Of a DNA stretch of 64,000 nucleotides, positions 7,620 through 17,412 are shown piece after piece. Position 1 is the stretch's first letter, and each line of letters starts with the position of its first letter. The position numbers were made by a program, and so were the translations under genes. Source of the stretch: a virus. Location: positions 32,001 through 96,000 of IMG/VR virus record IMGVR_UViG_3300007177_000160; one strand, given 5' to 3'. The notes beneath the pieces were generated by a model, which was given only the letters and a program-made list of their open reading frames with translations, ran no database searches and was not told the origin of the DNA.

Positions 7620-9401
7620 ATGTCGTTTGATCCACTAGACCCTGATTACCTTCTATCAGTAGACAAAACAGAAGAAAACTTATCTTTAATTATTAAGACT
7701 AAGCCAGAAAAAGCTAAGTCTAAAAAAGAACCTACGGTTAAGTTTCACATGTCCAAAGAGTTGAGAGAAAGACTCATCACTCTAAAAAACAGACAGCCAG
7801 AAGAAAATTTAATTACAACAATATGCGACCGCATGCTCAAATTGACGCGAGTTCCTCAAAGTTGTATTAATTATCTAGGCTTATCTAATGATGACTTTTC
7901 TAAAATTTCTTACTTAAACCCTGAACGCATTGAAAGACTAAGAGGTCAGAAATTTACAGAAAAGTACATTGTTCCTGGAACCCAAGTTATTGTTCACGAA
8001 AAACGAGAACATGAGTTAGTTCATGAAGACGGTACAAAAGAAGTTATAGAAAACAGATTTCACACAATAATTCCTTTTAGTAGAGATTTTTTCACTGAAA
8101 GAAAGGAAATTAAATTAGTTAGAAGCAAAGTATTTGATGCAGAAACTAACACCCAGCAAGTTGTTTATTCTGTTCCTTCTTCTGTGGAGACTATAAACCG
8201 TCGACACTATGGCTTTAAATTTCAGAATAAAGTACTAGTAAATGCATGGGGGCTTTCAACTATTGATAAATGGTATTTTAGACGGCTCAGAGAAGTAACT
8301 AGAGACTCTTACTGGGATTACAATTTGCGGTATCACCAAAGTATCCATAAGATTCTTACTAACTTATTCAAGGACGAATATAGCGAAAGAGACAAAAACA
8401 TTTTTGCTGAGCAGTACTTTAAGTTAGTAGTAGCTAATAACAAAAATGTACAGTTCCTAATTGGAGACGGAGATTTGTTTAGAGAAGCATATTACGAAGC
8501 TAACTACAAAAAACCTAGCAACAATGCAACTCTGTGGCAATCTTGTATGCGGTACTCTTACTGTCAAGACTATTTTGAGTTATATGAGGAACTTCCAGAA
8601 GTTAAGATAGCTGTATTGTATGAGTACAACAAAGTAGTCGCACGTTGTTTACTGTGGGAAATTGATGGAGTAAAGTACTACGATCGTATTTATTATTATA
8701 ACGATGAGTTCTTTGCTCTTATGGAAAACTACTTAGAAAATTACGGCTATAAGTTTATGAGAACTTCTCATTCTGCAGGTGTAAACAACAAGTATAACCT
8801 AAGAGTAAAATTAACTTATAGTGAGTTTCTTGATTTTGGTGCTTTTCCTTATGTAGACACCATGCGTTATTACTACCCAGATTTAGGTATTTTGACTTGT
8901 GAAGAACGAGAGTATACACCTGGCTATGAGCTTAGTGACACTTCAGGCAGCTACGAAAACAATTATGACAGAGACCCAGAATATACTTGTCCTCATTGTG
9001 ATCGCGAGGCAGATCCAGATGATGCTGTATTGATTGACAGAGGTCCAGGTAGAGGAACAGATTCATGTCCTAGTTGTGTAGAATATTCTGAAGAGTATCA
9101 AGAGTATATATTGAGTAGCGCAGCCACTTTTTGTGAGTTTAGTAATAGCTATGTTTTAGAAGAGGAAGTTGTAGAACTAGTAGACGGAGAAACCTGCTAT
9201 CAAGAGCATTTAGACTTGCGTCAATATGAGAACGACTACGGCTATTTTGTTCTTGGGGACTATGAATACGAAGAAGCTGATGGAAAGTATTACCATCCAA
9301 GTGACCCAATGGCTGCTAGTAACCTTGTAGATGCAATTGAAGAAGCTGAAGAAGCTGAAGATACTGAAGAAGTACCTAATTTGAGTCCACCATTATTGTA
9401 A
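7620..9401 (+). CDS. phage protein with SCM...AR.LLW...DRIY core and a Cys-rich acidic C-terminus
   Basis: WQSCMRY, VARCLLWE and YYDRIY motifs; CPHC/CPSC knuckles. Confidence 0.85.
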   Translation: MSFDPLDPDYLLSVDKTEENLSLIIKTKPEKAKSKKEPTVKFHMSKELRERLITLKNRQPEENLITTICDRMLKLTRVPQSCINYLGLSNDDFSKISYLNPERIERLRGQKFTEKYIVPGTQVIVHEKREHELVHEDGTKEVIENRFHTIIPFSRDFFTERKEIKLVRSKVFDAETNTQQVVYSVPSSVETINRRHYGFKFQNKVLVNAWGLSTIDKWYFRRLREVTRDSYWDYNLRYHQSIHKILTNLFKDEYSERDKNIFAEQYFKLVVANNKNVQFLIGDGDLFREAYYEANYKKPSNNATLWQSCMRYSYCQDYFELYEELPEVKIAVLYEYNKVVARCLLWEIDGVKYYDRIYYYNDEFFALMENYLENYGYKFMRTSHSAGVNNKYNLRVKLTYSEFLDFGAFPYVDTMRYYYPDLGILTCEEREYTPGYELSDTSGSYENNYDRDPEYTCPHCDREADPDDAVLIDRGPGRGTDSCPSCVEYSEEYQEYILSSAATFCEFSNSYVLEEEVVELVDGETCYQEHLDLRQYENDYGYFVLGDYEYEEADGKYYHPSDPMAASNLVDAIEEAEEAEDTEEVPNLSPPLL

Positions 9402-9441
9402 TCGTAAAACGAAAAAATTAAAAAAATCAAAAATTAAAAAC

Positions 9442-10818
9442 ATGTATTCATTAAATCAATCTTATGATAAAGTTCTAGGTAGAACTGTCATCGAAGACTT
9501 TCACGTTGACTTTGCTACGCTAAACTCTATCATGTATAAACAATCCCCTACTTATAACGAAGTTCTAAATAGAGAGAAAGCACACTTTTTGACTGAGCTT
9601 ATCTTTAATCTAACAGGGGTAAAAGCTACTACAGATGCAAGAGGAAATCTTTATTTTGTTAAAGGCACTTCAGACTTGTATCCCACTATTGTAGCTCACT
9701 ATGACACTGCTCAAGAGTATCATCCAGGACTTACTATTCAAAAAGCAGGAGATTGGTTGTATGGTTTTGACATTACTACAGGTACTCAGTGTGGTATAGG
9801 TGCAGATGATTCTGTCGGTATCTATTTTGCTATTGAGATGTTGAAACGTCTTCCTGTATGTAAAGTAGCGTTATTTTATGGTGAGGAAAGAGGTTGTATC
9901 GGCTCTAGTAGTTGCGATATGACTTTCTTTAAAGACTCTCTGCTAGTAAGCCAGCTTGACAGACGCTCTTTCCAAAATGACTTTATTGTCCACACTAATG
10001 GAGTTGAAGTATTTCCAACCCATTATGTAGACGTAATTCAAACATTCTTGGATAAGTATGACTATACCCCAGCTAATGGTAGTTGTACTGACGTAGGTGC
10101 GTTACGTAGGGCTGGATTACAAGTTGCTTCTCATAACACAGCATGCGGTTATTTCAACGAACACACAGACGAGGAAGTTATTCACATCCCTTCTATGATT
10201 AATGCAATGTCTATGGTTTATGAGATTCAATCTTATTTACTCGAGAACAAACTTCAATTAGAGTTTCCTTATGTTCGGTTTGTTGAGCAGAAATCAATTT
10301 ATGCACAGCCGTGGGTTTCTGCTTTTGAAGATAGACTTGACCAGACTAGATTCAGCGATTCTTTTTATGACATAGATGAAGTAGGGACTGGAATTAGTAA
10401 AACAGCAAAACAGTACGCTGACATAAACCATGTTCTTACTGACTTTCCTAGTATAGAAGAGATAGAGTGGCAATTTGACGTAGTAGAAAAAGACCTTACT
10501 TTAGCTAAAGTTAAATCAGGTCAAACTCCTGTATCTGCTTACGTAGCTTATACTAGTATAAGTTATAACGCCAGAACTAAAGAAGAACTTTATTTAGAAG
10601 ACTACGAAATTAGAGACGCACTACTCAACGAAAAACCCCACAAAGGAATGAATGCTTGCTGTGTAAAAGATTACCTGTATAACATTCCTTTTAACCTAGT
10701 AGAGTGTCAAACTTGTGGAAGTGGTTATCATCTAGAATTTACCGCAGAAGATGTCTATACTTTACCTGACGACAGTTTTCAAACACTGGACGAGTGGGCT
10801 GAGATGTACGGCTACTAA
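9442..10818 (+). CDS. M20/M28-like zinc peptidase with C-terminal Zn-ribbon
   Basis: AHYDT, GADD, GEERGC, DRR and NEHT metal-ligand pattern; CC...CQTCG. Confidence 0.85.
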   Translation: MYSLNQSYDKVLGRTVIEDFHVDFATLNSIMYKQSPTYNEVLNREKAHFLTELIFNLTGVKATTDARGNLYFVKGTSDLYPTIVAHYDTAQEYHPGLTIQKAGDWLYGFDITTGTQCGIGADDSVGIYFAIEMLKRLPVCKVALFYGEERGCIGSSSCDMTFFKDSLLVSQLDRRSFQNDFIVHTNGVEVFPTHYVDVIQTFLDKYDYTPANGSCTDVGALRRAGLQVASHNTACGYFNEHTDEEVIHIPSMINAMSMVYEIQSYLLENKLQLEFPYVRFVEQKSIYAQPWVSAFEDRLDQTRFSDSFYDIDEVGTGISKTAKQYADINHVLTDFPSIEEIEWQFDVVEKDLTLAKVKSGQTPVSAYVAYTSISYNARTKEELYLEDYEIRDALLNEKPHKGMNACCVKDYLYNIPFNLVECQTCGSGYHLEFTAEDVYTLPDDSFQTLDEWAEMYGY

Positions 10819-10824
10819 ACTAAT

Positions 10825-10848
10825 AGGGAGCAGCAATGCTCCCTTTCT
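10825..10848 (+). terminator. intrinsic terminator
   Basis: agggagca-GCAA-tgctccct plus short T tract. Confidence 0.7.
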
Positions 10849-10863
10849 ATTAAACTTATTATT

Positions 10864-11172
10864 ATGACGGAATATGAACACTATGGCGAGTCACTTAACA
10901 CACACCCTGATTACTTTTTAATGAAGAGAGCCTATGAAGAAAAATTGTTAATTGAAGAGTTGGAAACAACAGAACATTTTGCTAAATTCGTAACCCCTGT
11001 AGCAGAAAATACCCAAAACATTACAGTGGAACAACAAGGTAAACAAGAACTTAACGAAGAAATTAATGAAAACGAAACGAACGTTTTACGATGTGCTATG
11101 GGCCCTGTGCGAGAAGGAGGGATTGATAGCAAAATGGAAAGAGATTGGACTGTTGATAGAGTCCAATTCTAA
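10864..11172 (+). CDS. hypothetical acidic protein
   Basis: ORF track. Confidence 0.65.
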   Translation: MTEYEHYGESLNTHPDYFLMKRAYEEKLLIEELETTEHFAKFVTPVAENTQNITVEQQGKQELNEEINENETNVLRCAMGPVREGGIDSKMERDWTVDRVQF

Positions 11173-11632
11173 ATTCTCTTGGCATCCTAATGCAGGTAGT
11201 TATTTAGGAGAAGAAGAAGCTCAGATTGTAGGTGCGCTTACAGTCAACGAAGACAAACAAACTAGTGTAACACTTCCCAAAACTAAAGCCCCTAAAGTAC
11301 TAGAGGATATTCCTTGGTTGGAAGAGTTTGCACAAAAGTTTAACAGACAAAACTTAGGTTTCTCTGGTAAAGTTACTGATAAGAAAACTACACTAGAGAA
11401 GATGCACAAGTTTCTTCAAACTTATGACTACACTAAAGATGAGATTTTAGCCGCAACTGATATGTACATTGATAGTCTGAAACGCTCAGGATCTATCAAG
11501 TTTATTAGAAACAGTGGTTACTTTATTTCTAAAGTAATTGACGGAGTACAACAAAGCGATTTGGCTAGCTGGTGTGAAGAGTATAGAAACACTGGCAGTA
11601 AAGGTAATTATAACTCAAGAAGTATTATCTAA
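11066..11632 (+). CDS. hypothetical protein upstream of helicase (possible initiator/loader)
   Basis: TAATG-coupled to DnaB; function inferred from position only. Confidence 0.7.
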   Translation: MKTKRTFYDVLWALCEKEGLIAKWKEIGLLIESNSKFSWHPNAGSYLGEEEAQIVGALTVNEDKQTSVTLPKTKAPKVLEDIPWLEEFAQKFNRQNLGFSGKVTDKKTTLEKMHKFLQTYDYTKDEILAATDMYIDSLKRSGSIKFIRNSGYFISKVIDGVQQSDLASWCEEYRNTGSKGNYNSRSII

Positions 11633-12738
11633 TGTTAGGCTTTAACGATGTACTTAGTCAAATTGAGCGTAACAAGTCTATCAAGGAACTTGGCGGAATT
11701 ACCTCCATATTGCCTCCTTTTGATAGATTAGGGCAAAACTACGGTGGTTTTACTCGTGGTTCTATAACAGCTATTACAGCAGGTTCAGGTGTAGGTAAGA
11801 CCAAGTTTGTAAAATACTTTACAATCTTAAATATTTTCAAAAGAACCTTTGGCACTAACATTAAACCTAAAGTATTCTATTTTGCACTAGAAGAAAGCGA
11901 AACAGATTTTTGGATGTCGTTTATCTCTATGTATCTCTATGAGAAATATAAGATAACAATCAGTGTATCTCAACTTAAATCAATCGGTAATTTTACAGTA
12001 AACGATGATTTAATGGAGAAGATACGAAATGCAGAAAAGTTTATTCGTCAGCTTCAAGACTTTGTAGAAGTTATCGACTACATCAGAAACCCCACAGGTA
12101 TCCAAAAACACGTAAGAGCATACTTCGATAACCCAGAGATAGGCACTTACGAGTACAAAGATGTAAATGGAAGACAAGTTCCAGTAGCTTATCACTATAA
12201 ATCAGATGACACTTGGGTCTTTTATATTTTAGATCACATCAGTCTATTATCAAGTGAGACAGCAGCAGATACAAAGATGCGCCTTACTCCGTATCAGACT
12301 ATTGACTATATGGTAAAAGATATTGTCTTAGATTTATTTTCAAAAAGATTTAAAATGGCGAACATCATTGTTCACCAACAAACGCCTTCTTCAGAAAGAG
12401 CACAGTACACTAACAGAGGTGCGTTGATAGAAGAAATGCTAGAACCTTCTCTGGAAGAACTGCATTTAAACAAAGGTGTACAGCAAGATTACGAGGTAGT
12501 ATTAGGCTTGTTTAATCCCTCTCGATATAACATACCAGCACACAATGGATATGATATATCTATTCTTGGACAGAAGTATCGTTCCTTAATGTTTTTAAAG
12601 GACCGACACTTTGGCTTAGAGAACTCTTGTGTAGGATTATATTTTAATGGTGCAAACGGAGAGTATTTAGAATTGCCCAGACCCGAAGAAATGAACAATC
12701 CTACAAAAGGATATTACGAGCATTATTCAAAATTATGA
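11632..12738 (+). CDS. dnaB: replicative DnaB-family helicase
   Basis: Walker A AGSGVGKT, FALEE, ILDHIS, VHQQ and LKDR motifs. Confidence 0.9.
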   Translation: MLGFNDVLSQIERNKSIKELGGITSILPPFDRLGQNYGGFTRGSITAITAGSGVGKTKFVKYFTILNIFKRTFGTNIKPKVFYFALEESETDFWMSFISMYLYEKYKITISVSQLKSIGNFTVNDDLMEKIRNAEKFIRQLQDFVEVIDYIRNPTGIQKHVRAYFDNPEIGTYEYKDVNGRQVPVAYHYKSDDTWVFYILDHISLLSSETAADTKMRLTPYQTIDYMVKDIVLDLFSKRFKMANIIVHQQTPSSERAQYTNRGALIEEMLEPSLEELHLNKGVQQDYEVVLGLFNPSRYNIPAHNGYDISILGQKYRSLMFLKDRHFGLENSCVGLYFNGANGEYLELPRPEEMNNPTKGYYEHYSKL

Positions 12739-13013
12739 CAGACAACTTAAAGAAAATATTTGAAGAATTGGCAAAAAGAGTCGGCTCAAGTTTAGAAGAA
12801 ATAAACTTTGACGACAAAAATTGGTTTGAGAAACATACTTGGACCGTAGAAGAAGAATTAAACTATAAGAATTGGCTTATAGAATTTATGGAAAATAATC
12901 CAGATGTAATTGAAGATTTAGTAAAGGAAGGGCTACTCCGTAGGGATATCAATAATATGGCCACAGACTTCGTAATCTTTTACGGATGGAATTACAAAAA
13001 AAATAATCAATAA
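12735..13013 (+). CDS. hypothetical protein
   Basis: ATGA-coupled. Confidence 0.75.
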   Translation: MTDNLKKIFEELAKRVGSSLEEINFDDKNWFEKHTWTVEEELNYKNWLIEFMENNPDVIEDLVKEGLLRRDINNMATDFVIFYGWNYKKNNQ

Positions 13014-13015
13014 TC

Positions 13016-13768
13016 ATGTCAAGCAAATTAATCGCAATCGTCGGCCCAAGTGGTACAGGGAAATCAACCTCCATCAAATCATTGAATCCGAAAGAGACGT
13101 TTATTATTAACGTCGCACGCAAAGAACTCCCATTCAGGGGAGCAGAGAAACTCTACAATCTAGAGTCTAAAAACTACATGGAAGTAGATGACATCGCACA
13201 AATTACAGGACTCTTAAACACTATCAGTGAAAAGGCTCCACACATCAAGAACGTAATTATGGATGATGCTATCTATTCTATGTCATTCTTAATGATGCGT
13301 AAAGCTAACGAGGTTGGCTTTGCAAAATTTACAAACCTCGCACAGCAAGTAACCAACATGCTTACTACTGCGCGTAGACTTCGTAACGACCTTAAAGTAT
13401 TTTACATTACTCACTCTGAGAACATAGAAGACGAAGGTAAAATCGTAGGCCAGAAAATTAAAACTATCGGTAAAGCATTGGACAACCAAATTGTATTGGA
13501 AGGTTTATTTACTATTGCTTTGTACACTCACATTGACGAGGACAAGAATGGTATGCCGACTTATCACTTTGTAACCAATCGTTTCCGCAACTATCCAGCG
13601 AAGAGCCCTATGGACATGTTTCCAGAGGTTCTTATTCCTAATGACCTACAATTAGTTTGTAATATGGTAGATGAATATTACAATGACGAAACCGCAACTC
13701 CTGCTCCTGTAGCAAGTATCCCAACTAAAAAAGTAAAAGAAACATTAACTCAACCCGAAACAAATTAA
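13016..13768 (+). CDS. AAA ATPase (AAA_24/Sak4-like)
   Basis: GPSGTGKS, VIMDD, ITHSE and PAKSP motifs; followed by the SSB-like gene. Confidence 0.85.
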   Translation: MSSKLIAIVGPSGTGKSTSIKSLNPKETFIINVARKELPFRGAEKLYNLESKNYMEVDDIAQITGLLNTISEKAPHIKNVIMDDAIYSMSFLMMRKANEVGFAKFTNLAQQVTNMLTTARRLRNDLKVFYITHSENIEDEGKIVGQKIKTIGKALDNQIVLEGLFTIALYTHIDEDKNGMPTYHFVTNRFRNYPAKSPMDMFPEVLIPNDLQLVCNMVDEYYNDETATPAPVASIPTKKVKETLTQPETN

Positions 13769-13772
13769 AATT

Positions 13773-14597
13773 ATGAATTTAAACGAATTAGAAACCAGAG
13801 AACCTTCCAGTCGTAAACTTGTAACTGGATTTGCACCAATTCAAATTATCGCTGTTAACCCAGACGTTAAAAAATTACGTGAAATTTTAAACACAGAGGA
13901 TGTTAAAGAACCAAACTATGAAGCAGAGAAAGGATCTCGTTTAGATTTTTGGTTTGTTAGTCATCCTATGTCTAAGATAGAGTTTCGTGGTAAGTTTGCT
14001 ATGTGGGCATCTAACGATGTTCGCGTATCTAAAACCGATAAAAAACAATACATAGATAACTTTACCAAGACTATGTGGGCTTCTAACCTAGCTAACGCCA
14101 GTGAATTAATGGGCACTTGGGATGAATCTCGTAAACTTGATATGAAGAGTATCCGTGAAGCAAAAGAAGGCGAAGAGAACATCTATAACTTGATGAAAGC
14201 TTACGCCAACGCAAGTCCTAAAACTAAACCATTCGTACTTGATAACTGGAATGCTATTGCTCAAGGTAATGGTTCTGAATTACAAGCGTTCTTTGATCAT
14301 TTCAACAAACTTGACCAAGGTGTTAAGGTGTTGTTGGGTATTAAAGAAGGTAAGTATCAGGACGTATTTACAGGCATCTTCTTGAATGTAAACGGCAGAA
14401 TTACCGACTATGTAACTTCTCGTGTAACTGGCGAGTATGGTTACAAAGGCGACTATCAAGGTAACTTTGACCTAAAAGAATATAACATGGAGTCTGCTCC
14501 TAGCTCTAACGAAGTAGAGAGTGGAGTATCAAACATGTTTGGAGATAGTCCTGTGACTGCACAAACTGAAACCCCTAATCCATTCTTGGATTTCTAG
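13773..14597 (+). CDS. putative single-stranded DNA-binding protein
   Basis: IAVNP motif, acidic tail ending PFLDF, position between ATPase and primase. Confidence 0.65.
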   Translation: MNLNELETREPSSRKLVTGFAPIQIIAVNPDVKKLREILNTEDVKEPNYEAEKGSRLDFWFVSHPMSKIEFRGKFAMWASNDVRVSKTDKKQYIDNFTKTMWASNLANASELMGTWDESRKLDMKSIREAKEGEENIYNLMKAYANASPKTKPFVLDNWNAIAQGNGSELQAFFDHFNKLDQGVKVLLGIKEGKYQDVFTGIFLNVNGRITDYVTSRVTGEYGYKGDYQGNFDLKEYNMESAPSSNEVESGVSNMFGDSPVTAQTETPNPFLDF

Positions 14598-14612
14598 TTT
14601 ATTGTTGTTGAT

Positions 14613-14643
14613 AAGGGGGATTGTTATGCAGTCCCCCTTTTTT
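14613..14643 (+). terminator. intrinsic terminator
   Basis: aagggggattg...cagtccccctt plus T-run. Confidence 0.85.
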
Positions 14644-14655
14644 ATTTTATAAGAA

Positions 14656-15639
14656 ATGGATTTAAATCAAATAGAAACGAGGCCCACTGTCCAGGACATC
14701 TATAAGATTATTGGACAAGAAAGGATAATGGAATATTATCTAAACGTTCCCATAGTTATGGGTAGACGCTATGTTAATCCATTGCGAGCCGATTCAAATC
14801 CTGGTTGTTTCTTTAAATGGCTTCCTTCGGGTAATCTATATTTTGTAGATTATGCAACCGAACAAGTGTATTATACCTGTATAGATGTAGCTATGTTGGT
14901 TACGGGCTATAAGTATCCAGACGTTTTATATAAAATAGAGTCAGACTTTCAGCTTACCAACTTAAATCTGTCAGACAAAGCACGCCTCAAAGCCGAAACC
15001 AAAGAGACTGTTATTCCAGAAATGATTCCTGCTACAATCAAAGTTAAGTTAACTAGATTTACAGCAGAAGATTTAGCTTACTGGAAACAGTTTGGAGTTA
15101 GTCCAAGCATCCTTAGATTCTATGACGTAAGACGTGTAGATAAAGCTTGGATTAATGACGATTTATGGTACGTCAACAACAACGACGATCCCTGTTACAG
15201 ATATAAGGAGAAAGATAAATTCAAATTATATCGTCCCTTAGTTCGTAAAAAACAATTAAAGTTTAGAACTAACTTCTTCGGAGGTATTTTGGAAGGCTAC
15301 ACACAACTTCCGCATAGAGGACAGTTACTTATTATTACCAAAGGCTTGAAAGACGTAATGACTTTACACGGCTTAGGTTATAATGCAGTAGCGGTTAGGG
15401 GTGAGACTACTCCTATTTCCGAAAATGCCTACGAATTACTTAAAAACAGGTTCGATCAATTAGTGCTATGGTTTGACCCTGACCAGGCGGGCATCACGGG
15501 TGCAAGAAAAATGAGCGAGAAATATAACATCCCATTTTTCCAGTATGACGGTGCCTATGGTAAAGACCCTAGCGACATTTACAGAGATCATGGTCCAGAA
15601 AAAGTATTAGAACTATGCAAACAATTAAAGAATTTGTGA
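14656..15639 (+). CDS. DNA primase (crAss-type Toprim)
   Basis: NPLRADSNPGC, IITKGLKDV, WFDPDQAG and KDPSD motifs. Confidence 0.9.
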   Translation: MDLNQIETRPTVQDIYKIIGQERIMEYYLNVPIVMGRRYVNPLRADSNPGCFFKWLPSGNLYFVDYATEQVYYTCIDVAMLVTGYKYPDVLYKIESDFQLTNLNLSDKARLKAETKETVIPEMIPATIKVKLTRFTAEDLAYWKQFGVSPSILRFYDVRRVDKAWINDDLWYVNNNDDPCYRYKEKDKFKLYRPLVRKKQLKFRTNFFGGILEGYTQLPHRGQLLIITKGLKDVMTLHGLGYNAVAVRGETTPISENAYELLKNRFDQLVLWFDPDQAGITGARKMSEKYNIPFFQYDGAYGKDPSDIYRDHGPEKVLELCKQLKNL

Positions 15640-16199
15640 TTAAAGCATTTTTGTTAGTAAATCCTAACTTAAAGAAAGAACCTTTAGTTATAGAAAAGAT
15701 GTACAAAAAATACATCAAAGAAAATAAACTAGAGCCGAGATCTCTAACAAGAACTTTACCTACAGGAAAATCAATTAAAGTTATAAAACCAAAACAACCA
15801 TTAATCCTACATAGTTGGTCTCCAGAAGAATTACTTATTATGAGTGTATTAGTTAGAGTACACAAAGTAGAATTAAATGATGTGTTGAGTATATCTAGAA
15901 AACGGGAGGTAGCAGATTGTAGAAAACAAGCTATGGCTTTATTTTATGTTTGCTTTGACTACTCGACTGTTCAGGTAGGAAGAATGTTTATGCGGGACCA
16001 CTCAACAGTAATTCATGCAGCAGAATCTCATATACACTTATTAGGTGTCCCTGGTAGGTATAAGAGATTATTTGAAGAAAGCATAGAAGAACTACAAAAA
16101 AGAGTACCTGAAGCATTTGTACGCACACACAAGCGGAGTACAATAGGTAGGAACACTAGATTTATTCAACTAATTAAATGGGAAGAACAACTTAGATAA
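15615..16199 (+). CDS. DnaA C-terminal (domain IV) HTH protein
   Basis: SRKREVADCRKQAM...VGRMFMRDHSTVIHA signature. Confidence 0.85.
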   Translation: MQTIKEFVIKAFLLVNPNLKKEPLVIEKMYKKYIKENKLEPRSLTRTLPTGKSIKVIKPKQPLILHSWSPEELLIMSVLVRVHKVELNDVLSISRKREVADCRKQAMALFYVCFDYSTVQVGRMFMRDHSTVIHAAESHIHLLGVPGRYKRLFEESIEELQKRVPEAFVRTHKRSTIGRNTRFIQLIKWEEQLR

Positions 16200-16399
16200 T
16201 GGAAAAACTATTAAACATACCAGATGATTGGTATAGTAAACTCAAGCACATCGTAGAGTCAGATTATTTCAAACAACTCTCTGCTTTTATTAAACAGAGA
16301 AGATCCGTTACTGCTGTATTTCCACACAGCAACGAAGTATTTAGAGCATTTAATGAAACTCCATTTGGGAAGATACGCTGCGTCATTATTGGTATGGAT
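16199..16399 (+). CDS. ung: uracil-DNA glycosylase (family 1), exon 1
   Basis: VFP...VFRAFNETPF.KIRCVIIGMD; splices in frame to PYP. Confidence 0.9.
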
Positions 16400-16676
16400 T
16401 AAAGAAATTTGCGTATAAATTAATACCTTACGCAAATAGGGTCCATGTAAAACGGGGAGAATTGCTGGAACATCCTAACAAGGACAATCAGCAGCCGAGC
16501 TTAGACAGTAATGTCTTTGAAGGTTCAACGACTAACAACCGAGTCCTACCAGATAATACTGAGGACAGTAATGTTGACACGAGCACCCTGCACTAATTTA
16601 ATTAGTGATGATATAGTCTGAACTATATAGTAATATATAGAAGTGTATGATAAAGAACTTACACGATAACACAATG
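16400..16676 (+). mobile_element. group I self-splicing intron (277 nt, no ORF)
   Basis: 5' exon ends in U and pairs with IGS GTCCAT (16441-16446) through a U.G wobble; P aattgctggaa, Q aatcagcag, R gttcaacgacta, S gatatagtc; terminal G at 16676; removal restores GMD|PYP. Confidence 0.92.
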
Positions 16677-17171
16677 CCATACCCAACCCTTTACAATGGA
16701 CAACCAGTAGCTTGTGGGCTAGCATTTGCACCTAGATACAAAGAATTTGTACCTCCGTCTCTTAGAATGATTTATAAAAACCTCAAGGACGGTTTATACA
16801 AAAACGATTTAGATTGCCCAGAAACTCTAGATTTTACTAGTTGGGCACAACAAGGTGTATTCTTACTTAATGCAGCTCTTACAGTAGAGCATACTAGAGC
16901 AGGTTCACACCTAAAACAATGGGCTCCATTTACAGAAGCAGTAATTAAAGCTATCTCAGATAATTCATCTGGAGTTATCTTTTGTTTCTGGGGTAAAGAT
17001 GCTCAACAATACAGACAATTTGTAAACCATAGTGCACATTACGTTCTACTGGCACCGCATCCTGTATCAGCTGTATACAAAGGTGGTACGTGGGACTGTC
17101 ACCACTTTGAAGAAGTCAACGAGATATTAAAAAGAAATAATGGAGAAACAATCCAATGGCTGAGTTCCTAG
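16677..17171 (+). CDS. ung: uracil-DNA glycosylase, exon 2 (spliced product 231 aa)
   Basis: PYP...GLAF, PPSL, WAQQGVFLLN, FWGKDA and HP motifs. Confidence 0.9.
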   Translation, partial: PYPTLYNGQPVACGLAFAPRYKEFVPPSLRMIYKNLKDGLYKNDLDCPETLDFTSWAQQGVFLLNAALTVEHTRAGSHLKQWAPFTEAVIKAISDNSSGVIFCFWGKDAQQYRQFVNHSAHYVLLAPHPVSAVYKGGTWDCHHFEEVNEILKRNNGETIQWLSS

Positions 17172-17410
17172 ATAACAACGACAACATCATCAAAGAAGAA
17201 TTGATGACCTACTATCATTTCAGAGCTAACTTACTAAAGCACATCAACGATAGAATAGATGAGCTAAATCCTTCTAACGGCACTGAATATGACTACTGCA
17301 CTACACAAGGGCAGTTAAAAGAATTAAATTCCTTATTAGACTTTGTAAAGTCACAAGGTAGAAATACCGTAATCAGTAAAATCACAGAATCAACAAATAA
17401 AACCAACTAA
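17156..17410 (+). CDS. hypothetical protein
   Basis: ORF track. Confidence 0.7.
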   Translation: MAEFLDNNDNIIKEELMTYYHFRANLLKHINDRIDELNPSNGTEYDYCTTQGQLKELNSLLDFVKSQGRNTVISKITESTNKTN

Positions 17411-17412
17411 TT

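Noticed and set aside
16199-17171. ung as a frameshifted pseudogene or two separate genes
   Set aside because: A group I intron with correct splice sites restores a single 231-aa frame
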